A DNA stretch of 59,839 bases, the filler included. It is 6 parts of 6 records of this genome, joined end to end, with 100 filler letters (N's around TTAATTAATTAA, not from the genome) between each part and the next. Parts side by side here need not be neighbours in the genome. Positions count along the whole stretch, not along the records: positions 6,122 to 25,415 come from SRR2962707_2116; positions 25,516 to 32,443 come from SRR2962707_2117; 4 more parts are not named here. One strand, 5' to 3'. Shown one piece after another: positions 18,643 through 28,979 of the stretch. Each line of letters opens with the position of its first letter. Position 1 is the first letter of the stretch. Both the position numbers and the translations under genes were made by a program. The notes below the pieces were generated by a model, which ran no database searches, was not told the DNA's origin, and worked only from the letters and a program-made list of their open reading frames with translations.

Positions 18643-21078
18643 TTGAAATCCAAACAGGCAAAACCGAAAAAAAATTCACTTATTTCTGCATTGCTGGTGT
18701 CGACCACGATGATTGTACCAGCGGTATCTGGGGCAAAGACCGCCGTCGCGCAAACCGAAGTTGCGCAGTCGACTTATTCATTCGATATTTCTGTAAATTC
18801 AATTGCTGACGGTGTTGCCCAAATCGGAGCAGTGTCGGGATGGCGGATTGCCTATTCAATTGATCTGCCCGAGATTGAAGGGGCACGCATTATCAATGGC
18901 AATATGTCGGTTCCGGCCGCCATTGACATTTTGCTGCGCGGGACGGGATTGGAATACCGCGAAACCGGCGAAAATTCGCTGATACTGACCGACCCTGCAG
19001 CGCAAGGCAGCCAAAGTGACAACGCGGTTACCGGTCCTGTGTTGATTGAAACGGCTGACGCGCAAACAGATCTTCCGCCGGCCTATGCAGGCGGCCAGGT
19101 GGCAACGGGTGGTCGCCTTGGCATGCTGGGCAATACCGACATCATGGATGCGCCGGTCAGCATCACGAGTTACACCAGCGAGAAGATCGCCGACCAGCAG
19201 GCCGAAACCATCGCGGATGTCTTGCAAAACGATCCTTCTGTAAGGGCACCGAATGCCGAAACAGCCAATCTTGATACCTATCAGATCCGTGGATTTGGGG
19301 TGAATTTGTTCAATACCGGCGAAGTGTCGTTTAATGGCGCATACGGTGTTGCGCCGACATACCGTGTTCAGTCTGGCATGGCTGAGCGGATCGAAGTCGT
19401 TAAAGGTCCGAATGCTTTGTTGAACGGTATGTCGCCAACCGGTGCTGTCGGCGGTGCCATCAATATTGTACCCAAACGTGCAGGTGCCACAGATCTTAAT
19501 CGGGTGAGTGCAGATTATGGCCGTGGGGCGCAAGCCGGCGGTGACCTTGATGTCAGCCGTCGTTTTGGTGCCAACGATGAATTTGGCGTGCGTTTCAACG
19601 GCGGATATAGCAATGGTGATACCTATCTGGATCGTCAGACCAAGGAAACATCGCTCGGTGCACTCGCTCTTGATTATCAGGGGGATCGTTTCAGAGCGTC
19701 GGTCGATCTGATCGATCAGCGCGAAAACCTGAACGCACCAGCCCGCGAGTTTCAGATTGGGTCGGGTATCACGATGCCTGATGCGCCAGATGGTTCGACA
19801 AATGCAATTCAGGCATGGGAATGGTCTGATGCGGTTGATCGTTCTGGCTTGGTTCAGGCGGAATATGATGCACTTGACAACATAACGGTCTTTGGCAGTT
19901 TTGGGGGTGGCCGAACCGAACTTGATCGTTTGTTTGGGACGCCGACAATTACCAACGCCCAAGGTGACTACAATGATGCGGGATTGTCATATCGTCGCTT
20001 CCAAACGGATCGCTGGTCTGTCAGCGGGGGTATTCGTGGTGAATTTGAAACTGCTGAGATCACCCATAAAACCAGCTTTGAAGCGACACGCTACGAAGAT
20101 GTTCTGCGACAGGGGATATCAAATGCGGGTGTCACGCCATCGGCCAATATCTATACGACAGCCGACGTTGCTCCGGTTGCGGTCAATGCACCCTCAGTAA
20201 AGCCCAAAACATCGGAATCCGAACTGACCGGCTTTGCTCTTGCCGACACCATGGGATTTTGGGATGAACAGGTTCTGGTGACACTGGGCGCACGTCATCA
20301 GTCAATCGCTGTAAACAGCTATAGCAATGGCGTAATCAGCAGCAGTTATGACGACAGTGTTGTAACACCGATGGCGGGTATTGTGGTCAAGCCGACTGAA
20401 AATGTATCCGTTTATGCCAATTATATCGAAGGCCTTAGCCAAGGCGATCTTGCCCCGGCCTCGGCGACAAATGCCGGGCAGGCAATGTCCCCATATGTTG
20501 CAAAGCAATTTGAAACCGGTGTTAAACTGGACTTTGGAACCATTGGTGGCTCGATTGCGGCTTTCCAGATCACCCAGCAAGATGGGGATACAGATCCTGA
20601 CACAAACGTTTTCAGTGCGGATAATGAACAGCGCAACCGTGGCATTGAAGTCAATGTGTTTGGCGAAGTGACACCAAATGTCCGTCTTCTTGGCGGGGTA
20701 ATGTTCTTGAATTCCGAAATCTCCAAGGCGGCTGATCCGGATGATAAGGGAAAACGTCCGGTCGGGACACCTGATATGCAGATCAATCTGACCGGAGAAT
20801 GGGACACACCTTTTGCCAAGGGACTGACTCTAAGCGGTACGGTGACGCACACCTCAGAACAGTTTGTCGATACTGCCAATACGCAGGATATCCCCGACTG
20901 GACGACACTTGATCTGGGTTTGCGTTATAAAACCAGCATCGACAACACGCCAATCACTGTGCGCGCTACAATTCAGAACGTCACTGACGAAAAATACTGG
21001 TCTGGTGTGAACCAGTGGCGGTTTATTTCACTTGGGGCACCGCGCACGGCATTGCTGTCTATAACTGCGGACTTCTGA
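18643..21078 (+). CDS. TonB-dependent siderophore receptor/transducer with N-terminal STN signalling domain
   Basis: Signal peptide, STN-like segment, GGQVATGGRLGMLGN, ERIEVVKGPNALL plug motif, C-terminal GAPRT..ADF. Confidence 0.93.
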   Translation: MKSKQAKPKKNSLISALLVSTTMIVPAVSGAKTAVAQTEVAQSTYSFDISVNSIADGVAQIGAVSGWRIAYSIDLPEIEGARIINGNMSVPAAIDILLRGTGLEYRETGENSLILTDPAAQGSQSDNAVTGPVLIETADAQTDLPPAYAGGQVATGGRLGMLGNTDIMDAPVSITSYTSEKIADQQAETIADVLQNDPSVRAPNAETANLDTYQIRGFGVNLFNTGEVSFNGAYGVAPTYRVQSGMAERIEVVKGPNALLNGMSPTGAVGGAINIVPKRAGATDLNRVSADYGRGAQAGGDLDVSRRFGANDEFGVRFNGGYSNGDTYLDRQTKETSLGALALDYQGDRFRASVDLIDQRENLNAPAREFQIGSGITMPDAPDGSTNAIQAWEWSDAVDRSGLVQAEYDALDNITVFGSFGGGRTELDRLFGTPTITNAQGDYNDAGLSYRRFQTDRWSVSGGIRGEFETAEITHKTSFEATRYEDVLRQGISNAGVTPSANIYTTADVAPVAVNAPSVKPKTSESELTGFALADTMGFWDEQVLVTLGARHQSIAVNSYSNGVISSSYDDSVVTPMAGIVVKPTENVSVYANYIEGLSQGDLAPASATNAGQAMSPYVAKQFETGVKLDFGTIGGSIAAFQITQQDGDTDPDTNVFSADNEQRNRGIEVNVFGEVTPNVRLLGGVMFLNSEISKAADPDDKGKRPVGTPDMQINLTGEWDTPFAKGLTLSGTVTHTSEQFVDTANTQDIPDWTTLDLGLRYKTSIDNTPITVRATIQNVTDEKYWSGVNQWRFISLGAPRTALLSITADF

Positions 21079-21079
21079 T

Positions 21080-22306
21080 GTGATCAGCCCGCGCCAGCAG
21101 ATTAACCTTCTGTTTGCTGTCCAACTGATTTCGATGGGGGCAATGGAAATGAGCGGGCCGTTTTGGCCTGTTCATTTGCGCGCGTTAACACAGTCTGACG
21201 GTCTGTTCACCTTTGCCGGGATTGCGGTTTATGTCGGGCCGATGTTTGGGATCATGCTGACCAGTACCTTTTGGGGACGTATGGGGGATCGGTTTGGACA
21301 TCGGGCGATGATGATGCGCGCCCTGTTTGGTCTTGCCATTACGCAACTTGCCCTGGCATTCGCCGGGGATGTCTGGCTGATTTTGATATTGCGGTTCTTG
21401 CAGGGTGCCTGTGCGGGATATATTGCACCGGCACAGGCATATGGGGTCCGTATCGAAAACCCTGCCAGACGCGCCAAGCTGTTTGCCTTCCTACAGGTTT
21501 CAACAAACCTTGGGTCGTTGGCAGGAGCACTTGTCGGCGGGGTGATACTGGATCGCGCGACATTCTTTTGGATCAATTTTTCGGCGGCCATCCTTTGCTG
21601 TATATGTCTTGCGTCGGTTTGGGTTTTCTTGCCTGTCATCGAACCCTATCCGCATCGTGATCTCAGTGCAAAGGGGCGTCGCACGTCATCATCAAGTAGC
21701 ATCAACCTTCTGCGATCCCCTCAGGTGGTTCTGATCCTGAGCATTCTGGGAGTGCTGTTGCTGGGGAGGATGGTCACACAGGCGCCGTTTTCGATGTATG
21801 TGCTCAGCACCTTTAACGTTGGGAACTGGGTCGTGGGACTATGTTACGGGTTGCTTGCGCTTGGTTTTGTCGCATCGGCATCATTATGGGCGCGTTACTT
21901 CGAAAGCCGGTCCACGAGGGATGTCTTGCGCGGCATGTCGTTGGTGATTGCAGGCTGTATCATTGTCGTGCTGTTGGCCGGTGTTACCCGATCCATCCTT
22001 GTTTTTACCGCGATCTATTTTGTCTGGGGGGCTCTGTTGGGGGCAACGACCCCGGTGCTGACATCTTTGGTCTCGCGCAGTGTCTGTGATCATCAACAGG
22101 GACATGTGCTGGGGCTGACGCAAAGTACAGCACAGTTTTCGGCAATTTCGGGCATCGCATTGGGTGCCTGCTTCAGTCAGTTTGCCGGACTTTCAAATGT
22201 CTATTTCCTTGTTGGTTTTGTCTATGCCGTAGCCCTGATTCTGGCCGTTGTTGTGCGTGGTCATCTCGGGCGCGCAAAGCAACCATCTTATATACCGGGA
22301 GGATGA
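21080..22306 (+). CDS. MFS transporter, siderophore-associated type
   Basis: About 12 TM helices, WGRMGDRFGHR motif A, LRFLQG; GTG start 1 nt after the receptor stop. Confidence 0.88.
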   Translation: MISPRQQINLLFAVQLISMGAMEMSGPFWPVHLRALTQSDGLFTFAGIAVYVGPMFGIMLTSTFWGRMGDRFGHRAMMMRALFGLAITQLALAFAGDVWLILILRFLQGACAGYIAPAQAYGVRIENPARRAKLFAFLQVSTNLGSLAGALVGGVILDRATFFWINFSAAILCCICLASVWVFLPVIEPYPHRDLSAKGRRTSSSSSINLLRSPQVVLILSILGVLLLGRMVTQAPFSMYVLSTFNVGNWVVGLCYGLLALGFVASASLWARYFESRSTRDVLRGMSLVIAGCIIVVLLAGVTRSILVFTAIYFVWGALLGATTPVLTSLVSRSVCDHQQGHVLGLTQSTAQFSAISGIALGACFSQFAGLSNVYFLVGFVYAVALILAVVVRGHLGRAKQPSYIPGG

Positions 22307-23448
22307 ATATGATCATGAACATGACAATCAGGCTGATTGCTGGACTTGCTGCGGGCTTATTGTCGATCAGTTTTGCGCACGCTGAGATGATGACGCTGAC
22401 CGATATTGCCGGTCGTAGTGTCAGCGTGAATGTACCGATCCAGCGGGCAGTTCTCGGGGAAGGTCGTCAACTCTATATCATTGCCGCATTGGACCGGGAA
22501 AACCCGACCAAACGTATTGTCGGCTGGCGGAAGGATTTGATGGAGGCCGATCCGGCAACCTACAAGGCCTATCTTGCAAAATTCCCGGAATTTGCCGATG
22601 TCCCGACCTTTGACGGACTTGAACAAAGTTTGATTGATATTGAAACAACCATTGCGCAAAAACCTGATGCAGTGTTTTTGAATATCGGGATCAAAAAGGC
22701 TGTTGAGGAAGCCAACTATGTCGAAAAGTTGGGGGCACTTGATATTCCGGTGATCTACGTCGATTTCCGCAATGACCCTGAGCGCAATACGGAACCCTCC
22801 ATTCGATTGTTTGGAAAGCTGTTTGATCAGGAAGCGCGCGCCGAGGCATTCATTGATTTCCGTGCAGAAGAAATTGCGCGGGTTACCGATAAACTACTCC
22901 TGACTGATGTAAACCGTCCAAAGGTATTCATTGATCGCGCAGCCGGGTTTTACGAGGATTGCTGTCATTCTTTTGGGGCGGGAAATTTCGGTGCCATGGT
23001 TGAGATGGCGGGCGGGGAAAACATTGCCAAAGACTTGATTCCGGGGACATTTGGTCAAATCAATGCTGAGCAGGTCATTGTTTCAAACCCGGATCATATC
23101 ATCGTCACCAGCGCGCAATGGGATGCCTATGTTCCGGGGGGAAGATGGGTGCCTGTTGGTGCCGGTGCAGATGCTAATCTTGTGAAATCGAAACTGGAAT
23201 ACTATCCAACACGTCCTGCATATCGGGGCATTGCCGCACAAAAGACCCATGCCTTTCATGCTGTTTGGCACCAGTTTTACAACAGCCCGTATCAGTTTGT
23301 CGCAATCCAGAAAATGGCAAAATGGTTCCATCCAGACTTGTTTGCCGATCTTGACCCCGACGATACATTCCGGGAACTACATGACCGCTTCCTGCCGATT
23401 GACTATCAGCCTGGATACTTTGGCAGTTTGCAGGAAAAGGACGAGTGA
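22303..23448 (+). CDS. Iron-siderophore ABC-type periplasmic binding protein
   Basis: Signal peptide ..AHA, TDIAGRSV, WHQFYNSPY, AKWFHPDLF. Confidence 0.85.
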   Translation: MNMIMNMTIRLIAGLAAGLLSISFAHAEMMTLTDIAGRSVSVNVPIQRAVLGEGRQLYIIAALDRENPTKRIVGWRKDLMEADPATYKAYLAKFPEFADVPTFDGLEQSLIDIETTIAQKPDAVFLNIGIKKAVEEANYVEKLGALDIPVIYVDFRNDPERNTEPSIRLFGKLFDQEARAEAFIDFRAEEIARVTDKLLLTDVNRPKVFIDRAAGFYEDCCHSFGAGNFGAMVEMAGGENIAKDLIPGTFGQINAEQVIVSNPDHIIVTSAQWDAYVPGGRWVPVGAGADANLVKSKLEYYPTRPAYRGIAAQKTHAFHAVWHQFYNSPYQFVAIQKMAKWFHPDLFADLDPDDTFRELHDRFLPIDYQPGYFGSLQEKDE

Positions 23449-23498
23449 TCCTGTTGTCTGCACGTGGGGCCTTTCAGATATTATGTAATTAATTTTCA

Positions 23499-23517
23499 CA
23501 ACTTGTTTTACAAGTTG
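23499..23517. promoter_or_regulatory. Palindromic operator, GntR/FadR-like
   Basis: CAACTTGT-TTT-ACAAGTTG perfect 8-bp inverted repeat ~45 nt before the dehydrogenase ATG. Confidence 0.55.
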
Positions 23518-23562
23518 GCGTTGGCTACTCTGTGGGTCCTTGCCCCATCGGAGTAGCCCCTC

Positions 23563-24501
23563 ATGTCACGATCCGTTCTTGCCCTTTTGGATATCCGTCC
23601 GGCCTATACGGAAATGCTTGTCCAAAAATATGATCTGCATCGCTGGGATCAAATTAATGACAAGCAAGCATTCCTGAACCAGACCGGAAAAGACATCACT
23701 GCCCTTGTGACATCGGCGGGGTTTGGGCTGCCAGATGGATTGATTGACGACTTGCCAAACCTTGAAGTCATTACAAGTTTTGGTGTCGGATATGACACGA
23801 TTGACATCGAAGCCTGTCGTGCGCGGGATATCCGTGTGTCAAACACACCAGACGTTTTGACCGATGATGTTGCCGATACCGGCATCATGCTAATGCATGC
23901 CACCTTGCGCCGTATCGTGGTTGGGGATCATTGGGCACGTAGTGGTCAATGGGCACAAAAAGGCGCAATGGCGCTTACGCGGTCCGTGCGGGGTAAAAAG
24001 CTTGGCATTGTCGGGCTTGGCCGGATCGGGCAGGGAATTGCATCGCGCGCCGAACCAAGTGGGGTTGAAGTCGGCTATTTCGGGCGCAGCCCCAAACAGG
24101 TCGATTATCGTTACTTCGATGATCTGGTTGCCCTGGCGCAGTGGGCGGATATTCTGATGGTGGCTTGTCCCGGCGGGGACGCGACCAAGGGGATTGTCAA
24201 TGCGCCGGTATTATCTGCATTGGGCAAAGATGGCTATGTGGTCAATATTGCCCGTGGGTCGGTGATCGATGAGCCGGCTCTGATCGATGCCCTTCGTAAC
24301 GGCGTGATTGCCGGGGCCGGGTTGGATGTGTTTCACAATGAACCCAATATGGACCGTGCATTTGCCGATTTCGACAATGTGGTTCTGTATCCCCATAGTG
24401 CCAGCGGCACGGTTGAAACCCGCGATGCCATGGCGCAGTTGGTTGTTGATAATCTTGATGCGTGGGACCAACGTGGCGAACTTGTAACACCAGTCGTTTA
24501 A
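23563..24501 (+). CDS. D-isomer-specific 2-hydroxyacid dehydrogenase (hydroxypyruvate/2-ketogluconate reductase-like)
   Basis: FGVGYD, GLGRIG, NIARGSV, LDVFHNEP, PHSASGT. Confidence 0.92.
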   Translation: MSRSVLALLDIRPAYTEMLVQKYDLHRWDQINDKQAFLNQTGKDITALVTSAGFGLPDGLIDDLPNLEVITSFGVGYDTIDIEACRARDIRVSNTPDVLTDDVADTGIMLMHATLRRIVVGDHWARSGQWAQKGAMALTRSVRGKKLGIVGLGRIGQGIASRAEPSGVEVGYFGRSPKQVDYRYFDDLVALAQWADILMVACPGGDATKGIVNAPVLSALGKDGYVVNIARGSVIDEPALIDALRNGVIAGAGLDVFHNEPNMDRAFADFDNVVLYPHSASGTVETRDAMAQLVVDNLDAWDQRGELVTPVV

Positions 24502-24520
24502 TAGCGGATTGCGCTGCGGT

Positions 24521-25415
24521 CTATTGCTCGCGAAGATGGCCATTGACCGTGACCGATTTGATCACGGCAAAGACCTTTTGATGCAATCCAAGGTTCAACC
24601 GGTTTGCCGACCAACTGGTAATCCGGGCATGGACGCTTGGCCGGTCTGATGCCGGGCCGGTATGAATGGCGTCCAAGTCATGGCCAAAGGCCAGACTGAT
24701 ATCAAGGGTATCGTTGTTGCTTCCGGCCATTCGGGTGATGGTGACGGGGATGACGTTATTGGCACTTATCCCGGCTGGCGGGGTGCGGGCAATCATCACG
24801 TCACGCGCACGTATATGCAGACGCACCGGTGTATTTATTGCGTGACCAAGGTATGGCACGACGATGCGTTGCCCGGCACAATCAAGAAAACTGACCTGTG
24901 CCTTGGGATCGCGGCTGGCGACCCGTGCCGGAAGAACCGTACCGGTATCAAACTGCCCGGCAAGAGGGGCAAGGTCGGTTCGGCCCAGCATGTCAAATAC
25001 CGATCCGTTTGCCAGCGTTTTACCGTTATCAATCACCACCATCTGATCGGCCAAACGCGCGACTTCATCAATCGCGTGGCTGACATACAGGATCGGCAGT
25101 TTGCGTTGATCGCGCAGGCTTTCAAAATACGGCAGGATTTCTTCCTTACGCGCCTGATCAAGGGCCGATAACGGCTCATCAAGCAACAAGACATCCGGAT
25201 TGGCCAAAAGCGCACGGCCAAGTGCAACACGTTGCTTTTCACCGCCAGACAAATTGTTCGGCTGACGATGCAGCAATTTATGAATGCCCAGCATCTCGAT
25301 GATGTCTTGCTGATCAGATGCAGCCAGTTTCAACCGGTTGCGTTTGGCACCGTAATAAAGGTTGTCGTGTACGGACATGTGCGGAAACAGGCGGGCATCC
25401 TGAAACACATATCCA
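24521..25415 (-). CDS. modC: Molybdate ABC transporter ATPase, 5'-truncated
   Basis: GYVFQDARLFPH, LSGGEKQRVA, YVSH, ISANN, C-terminal TOBE/Mop AVIKSV. Confidence 0.92.
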
Positions 25416-25515
25416 NNNNNNNNNNNNNNNNNNNNNNNNNNNNNNNNNNNNNNNNNNNNTTAATTAATTAANNNNNNNNNNNNNNNNNNNNNNNNNNNNN
25501 NNNNNNNNNNNNNNN
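25416..25515. other. Artificial contig spacer
   Basis: 44 N + TTAATTAATTAA + 44 N. Confidence 0.98.
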
Positions 25516-25544
25516 CCTTCCTTCCTTCCTTCCTTCCTTCCTTC
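25516..25544. repeat. (CCTT)n microsatellite directly upstream of an ATG
   Basis: ccttccttccttcc... followed by cacc ATG at 25548. Confidence 0.9.
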
Positions 25545-25547
25545 ACC

Positions 25548-28500
25548 ATGATCGGGATAATTCTGTGCGGCTCGCTCGAGACCAAGCTGGAGCAGGAGAT
25601 CGCGTCGCTGGACCCGGACCACGAGCTGGGGCCTCTGGCGGGCGTGCCGCGGGCGCTCCTCCCCATAAACGGCGTCTCCATCTTGGACCGCTGGCTGCAC
25701 ATTCTGCGCGAAAAGCAGTCTGTGTCGGAGATCTTCCTCGTCTCCAATGGGCTCCGCTACAAGTACTTCGAGAGGTGGGCTACAGGCCACGGGCTGGGCG
25801 TGGACCATGTGGTCAACAACGGCTGCACCAGGGCTTCTGCGAGCTTAGGAGCCGTGAATGACCTGCGACTGGGTCTGGAGCGTGCCAAGTTTCTCGGGAG
25901 CTACGCCTGCGCCACCGCTTCCTCGTCGTCCTCTGTGAAGGAAGCGGTCGGTGGGAGGGATGTTTTGGTGGTTGGCGCGGATCATCTCTTTCACTGCGGG
26001 TTCAGCCTCGATGGCTTCCTGCGCTTCTACAACTCACGTCGCACGCAGCGTCCGGATATGAGCTTCTGCTTTTGCTACAAGGTCTGTAGCTTTGTCCTGC
26101 AGTTTTGGTTGTTGTGGGTGGTGGTAGTGGTGGTGCTGATGCGTTTCTGTCCAGCGACGGCAAGTTTGATCGTGCAAGTTCCAGCCCGATTAGCTCAAAT
26201 GAGAACTGTATGCCTTGACTTGGCAGACTCAAATCGAAGATACAAGTTCATTGGGCATTGTTGCGACCAATGCGAGTGATCAGTCTGCCATTCACTTTTG
26301 GGAAAAACCCTGCTCTGCACTAGACCTTCAGGTTTGCGAGTGTTTCACACAAAACAAATCATTTTGATGTGCAGTCTTTACCTTCCTGCAGTCTCAGTGT
26401 TAACAGCATTCATCGTGCCGCGGTTTTGCTCGGACTCATAGGCTGTGCAAGAATCATCTGAATCAACCATTACAGCATGCCCCTGCTTTTACATTCTAAG
26501 AGCTTCCGCTGTGGCTCATATATATGAGTTTGCCGGAATGCAACAAATGACTCAACACCGCCGGTCATCAATGGGGCATTTGATGGAGTACCTCATCAAT
26601 CCTGTTGCGGGCAGCCCGGAAAGTCGCCGGCACGGCTTTTTCGTAATGCGCTTGCCATCCGGATATCGACTCATTGGCGGAAGCATCGACCTTTCTCAGT
26701 ATCAACTTCTTGATGAAAGGTTCCGAGACTGGGAGCGCGACAAGTTGACGGCACAGCCGAGCCATGAGCTAGGGACTGTTGGGAGAAATGGTGGAACGGC
26801 TGGACGTGAATTCATTGAGGTGGGTTCGCCCATGGTTTTTGCTGTGCTTGTGACGACGGATCGCACTCTGGACTTGTCTGTAATGGTACCGTTTTTGGAT
26901 TTGCGCTGCGTGTGCTCGGTAGGTCATCAAGGTTAAAAGCTACGCTCGTGTCGGGCTTTTGGGCAATCCATCCGATGGATTTAACGGGCGCACCATTGCA
27001 GCAACGGTGTCCAACTACTTTGCAGAGATCACCATTTTTGAATCCAAAGAACTTCGTTTGCTGCCGCATCCACTGTACGTGGAAACAAATTGATGCATGA
27101 AATTATGATGTTTTTCGAATGCCGGGTTGATCCTGGAAAGCGTGTAAAGTGTGGCCGTGTGTTTTCTACATCGCTTGCAGCTACGATCCGCACTCTTTCA
27201 CATCGCTGGGGGCTTTGTTTGAAATTGGGCACCGTGAGGGTTACCAAGGTGGTTTGCGGTTGCTCATGGCGACTTGCAAAAAGTTTTTCGAGTACTGTTG
27301 CGACCAGGGTGTCAGTCTACCAAAGCGGAACTTTACAGTCAAGTACGACACAAATATCCCCCGCCAGGTGAGTGCAGCAAAGCCACGGCGTTGTTTGAAT
27401 GGCGGGTGTACACGACACCCCGTAGACCACCCGTGGGCCTTCAAGAAAGTAAAACACATGTTGTGACAGGTTGGCTTGGCTGGGTCATCCGCCATTGTGT
27501 CCGCTTTTGTCAAAGCCTTGATGGAGTTTTTTTGTCTTGACAACTCAGACATTAAGCAGGTACGTGTGCGATGTATGCGACCAGCCTCGTTGCGTTATTT
27601 GTGGTTGCTGCTCATGATTGACGCGTCAGTTTGGCTGTAAACGTGCTTGCACAGGCGTTGCAACCAAACCTTATCCTGAACGTGGAAGTTGATGAACTTC
27701 ACATCAACGCTGGATTGCAGGACCGCGTTGTACAGGTCTATGGTGGTGTGGTGTGCATGGACTTTGCAAAAGACCTCATGGAGCGGGATGGTGCGTTTGA
27801 AACCGAGGATGTGGGGGGGGTAGGGTTGAATGTATTACGCGTGAGACTTGGGCACCAGAGTAGAATTGCTGAAAAGTTGTGGTCAAATATCGATACTTTT
27901 GCAAAGCGAGTATTTTGCAATTGAATTGGCACTTGTCTGCTCTCATAAAGGTCATGGCGAATACGAACGGCTTGACTTGGAATTGTCCAGTCTTCCACCG
28001 CTGTGGCTGGCCTTCGTCGCTGACCCCTCGGATAGTGGGCGAATGCACTCCAACATTCGGCAGCGATGGCTCGACAACGATCCGGCAGTGCTGGATGGCA
28101 TGCGCAAGTTTGCAGATTATACCCTCCAGGGCAAAGTTGCCCTGCTGGCTGGAAAGTATGAGGAGTTTATGGACCTCATGTACGTCCTTGTGGACCAAAG
28201 GAAATTGTCCTTGTATGGTTGGTATTTGTGCGGTTTTCGGCATTAACGTTGCATTGGGTGCTATTGATCGCAGGAGCAAAAACTTCGATCTGCGCAAGGA
28301 GTTGTACGGGGAGGATGCCCTTGGGTCTGCGAACCTCCAGGTTTGACCGGCGAAGCACGTGCTGCTGGTATGTTAATCGATGGCCGTTGCCCTACCGGTT
28401 GACTTTGTTTATTTTCTTTACTGCCGAATTCACAGATGATTAAAATTGCTCGCGACGCGGGCAGTGCGTGCAAGTTTCCTGGCAGCGGTGGCGCCATTGT

Positions 28501-28975
28501 GGGCATGTGTAAGGAGGTGTGTCGGTAACGTTCGTCCGGCGGGACGTGCGGCTTCATTGGCCAAGGTCATGCTTTCGGTTGTGGAATATAGTGCCTTTTT
28601 TTTCTTTTCTTACTTTGATATGTTGTGTTGGCGCAGGAAACGCTTGTGGAACTTCGGCGAGCGTTCGAATCCCAGGGCTTTGTCTTTGTTCAACTTTTTC
28701 CTTTTGCCCCGACAGATGTGCGTTGGGATTTTGTGGCGTGTGCAATTCGTTGCCTGCTGATTCGAATGCAGTTGGAATGGGTTCTCTCACAATTGAGTTG
28801 TGTGTGGTTTTGGTATTGTCTGGTTGCAGGAAGAGCGGGTGACGCGATTGAAAGTGCGCGCTGCTGCTTTGTCCAACACGCACACCGCCAAAAAGCACGT
28901 GCCACGAGCAACGCCAGTCAAGTCGCAGTGAATCGTAGCGATGCAAAGGTTGAACAAGCATCCCGAGTAAATTAG
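25548..28975 (+). CDS. Multi-exon bifunctional nucleotidyltransferase-like + glucuronokinase (GHMP kinase)
   Basis: N-terminal [28 protein letters not shown]. Spliced kinase exons: [80 protein letters not shown] introns, e.g. 26820-26922. 3' end approximate. Confidence 0.85.
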
Positions 28976-28979
28976 CCCT

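Noticed and set aside
18856-19962. Long antisense ORFs (also 34655-35440, 53150-54265, 32611-33294, 36487-37008)
   Set aside because: They mirror well-supported genes in GC-rich codon frames and have no motifs of their own
25548-28975. Fragmented ORFs read as a pseudogene or alternative genetic code
   Set aside because: Most breaks are explained by canonical ~100-nt GT-AG introns that restore conserved motifs in the standard code
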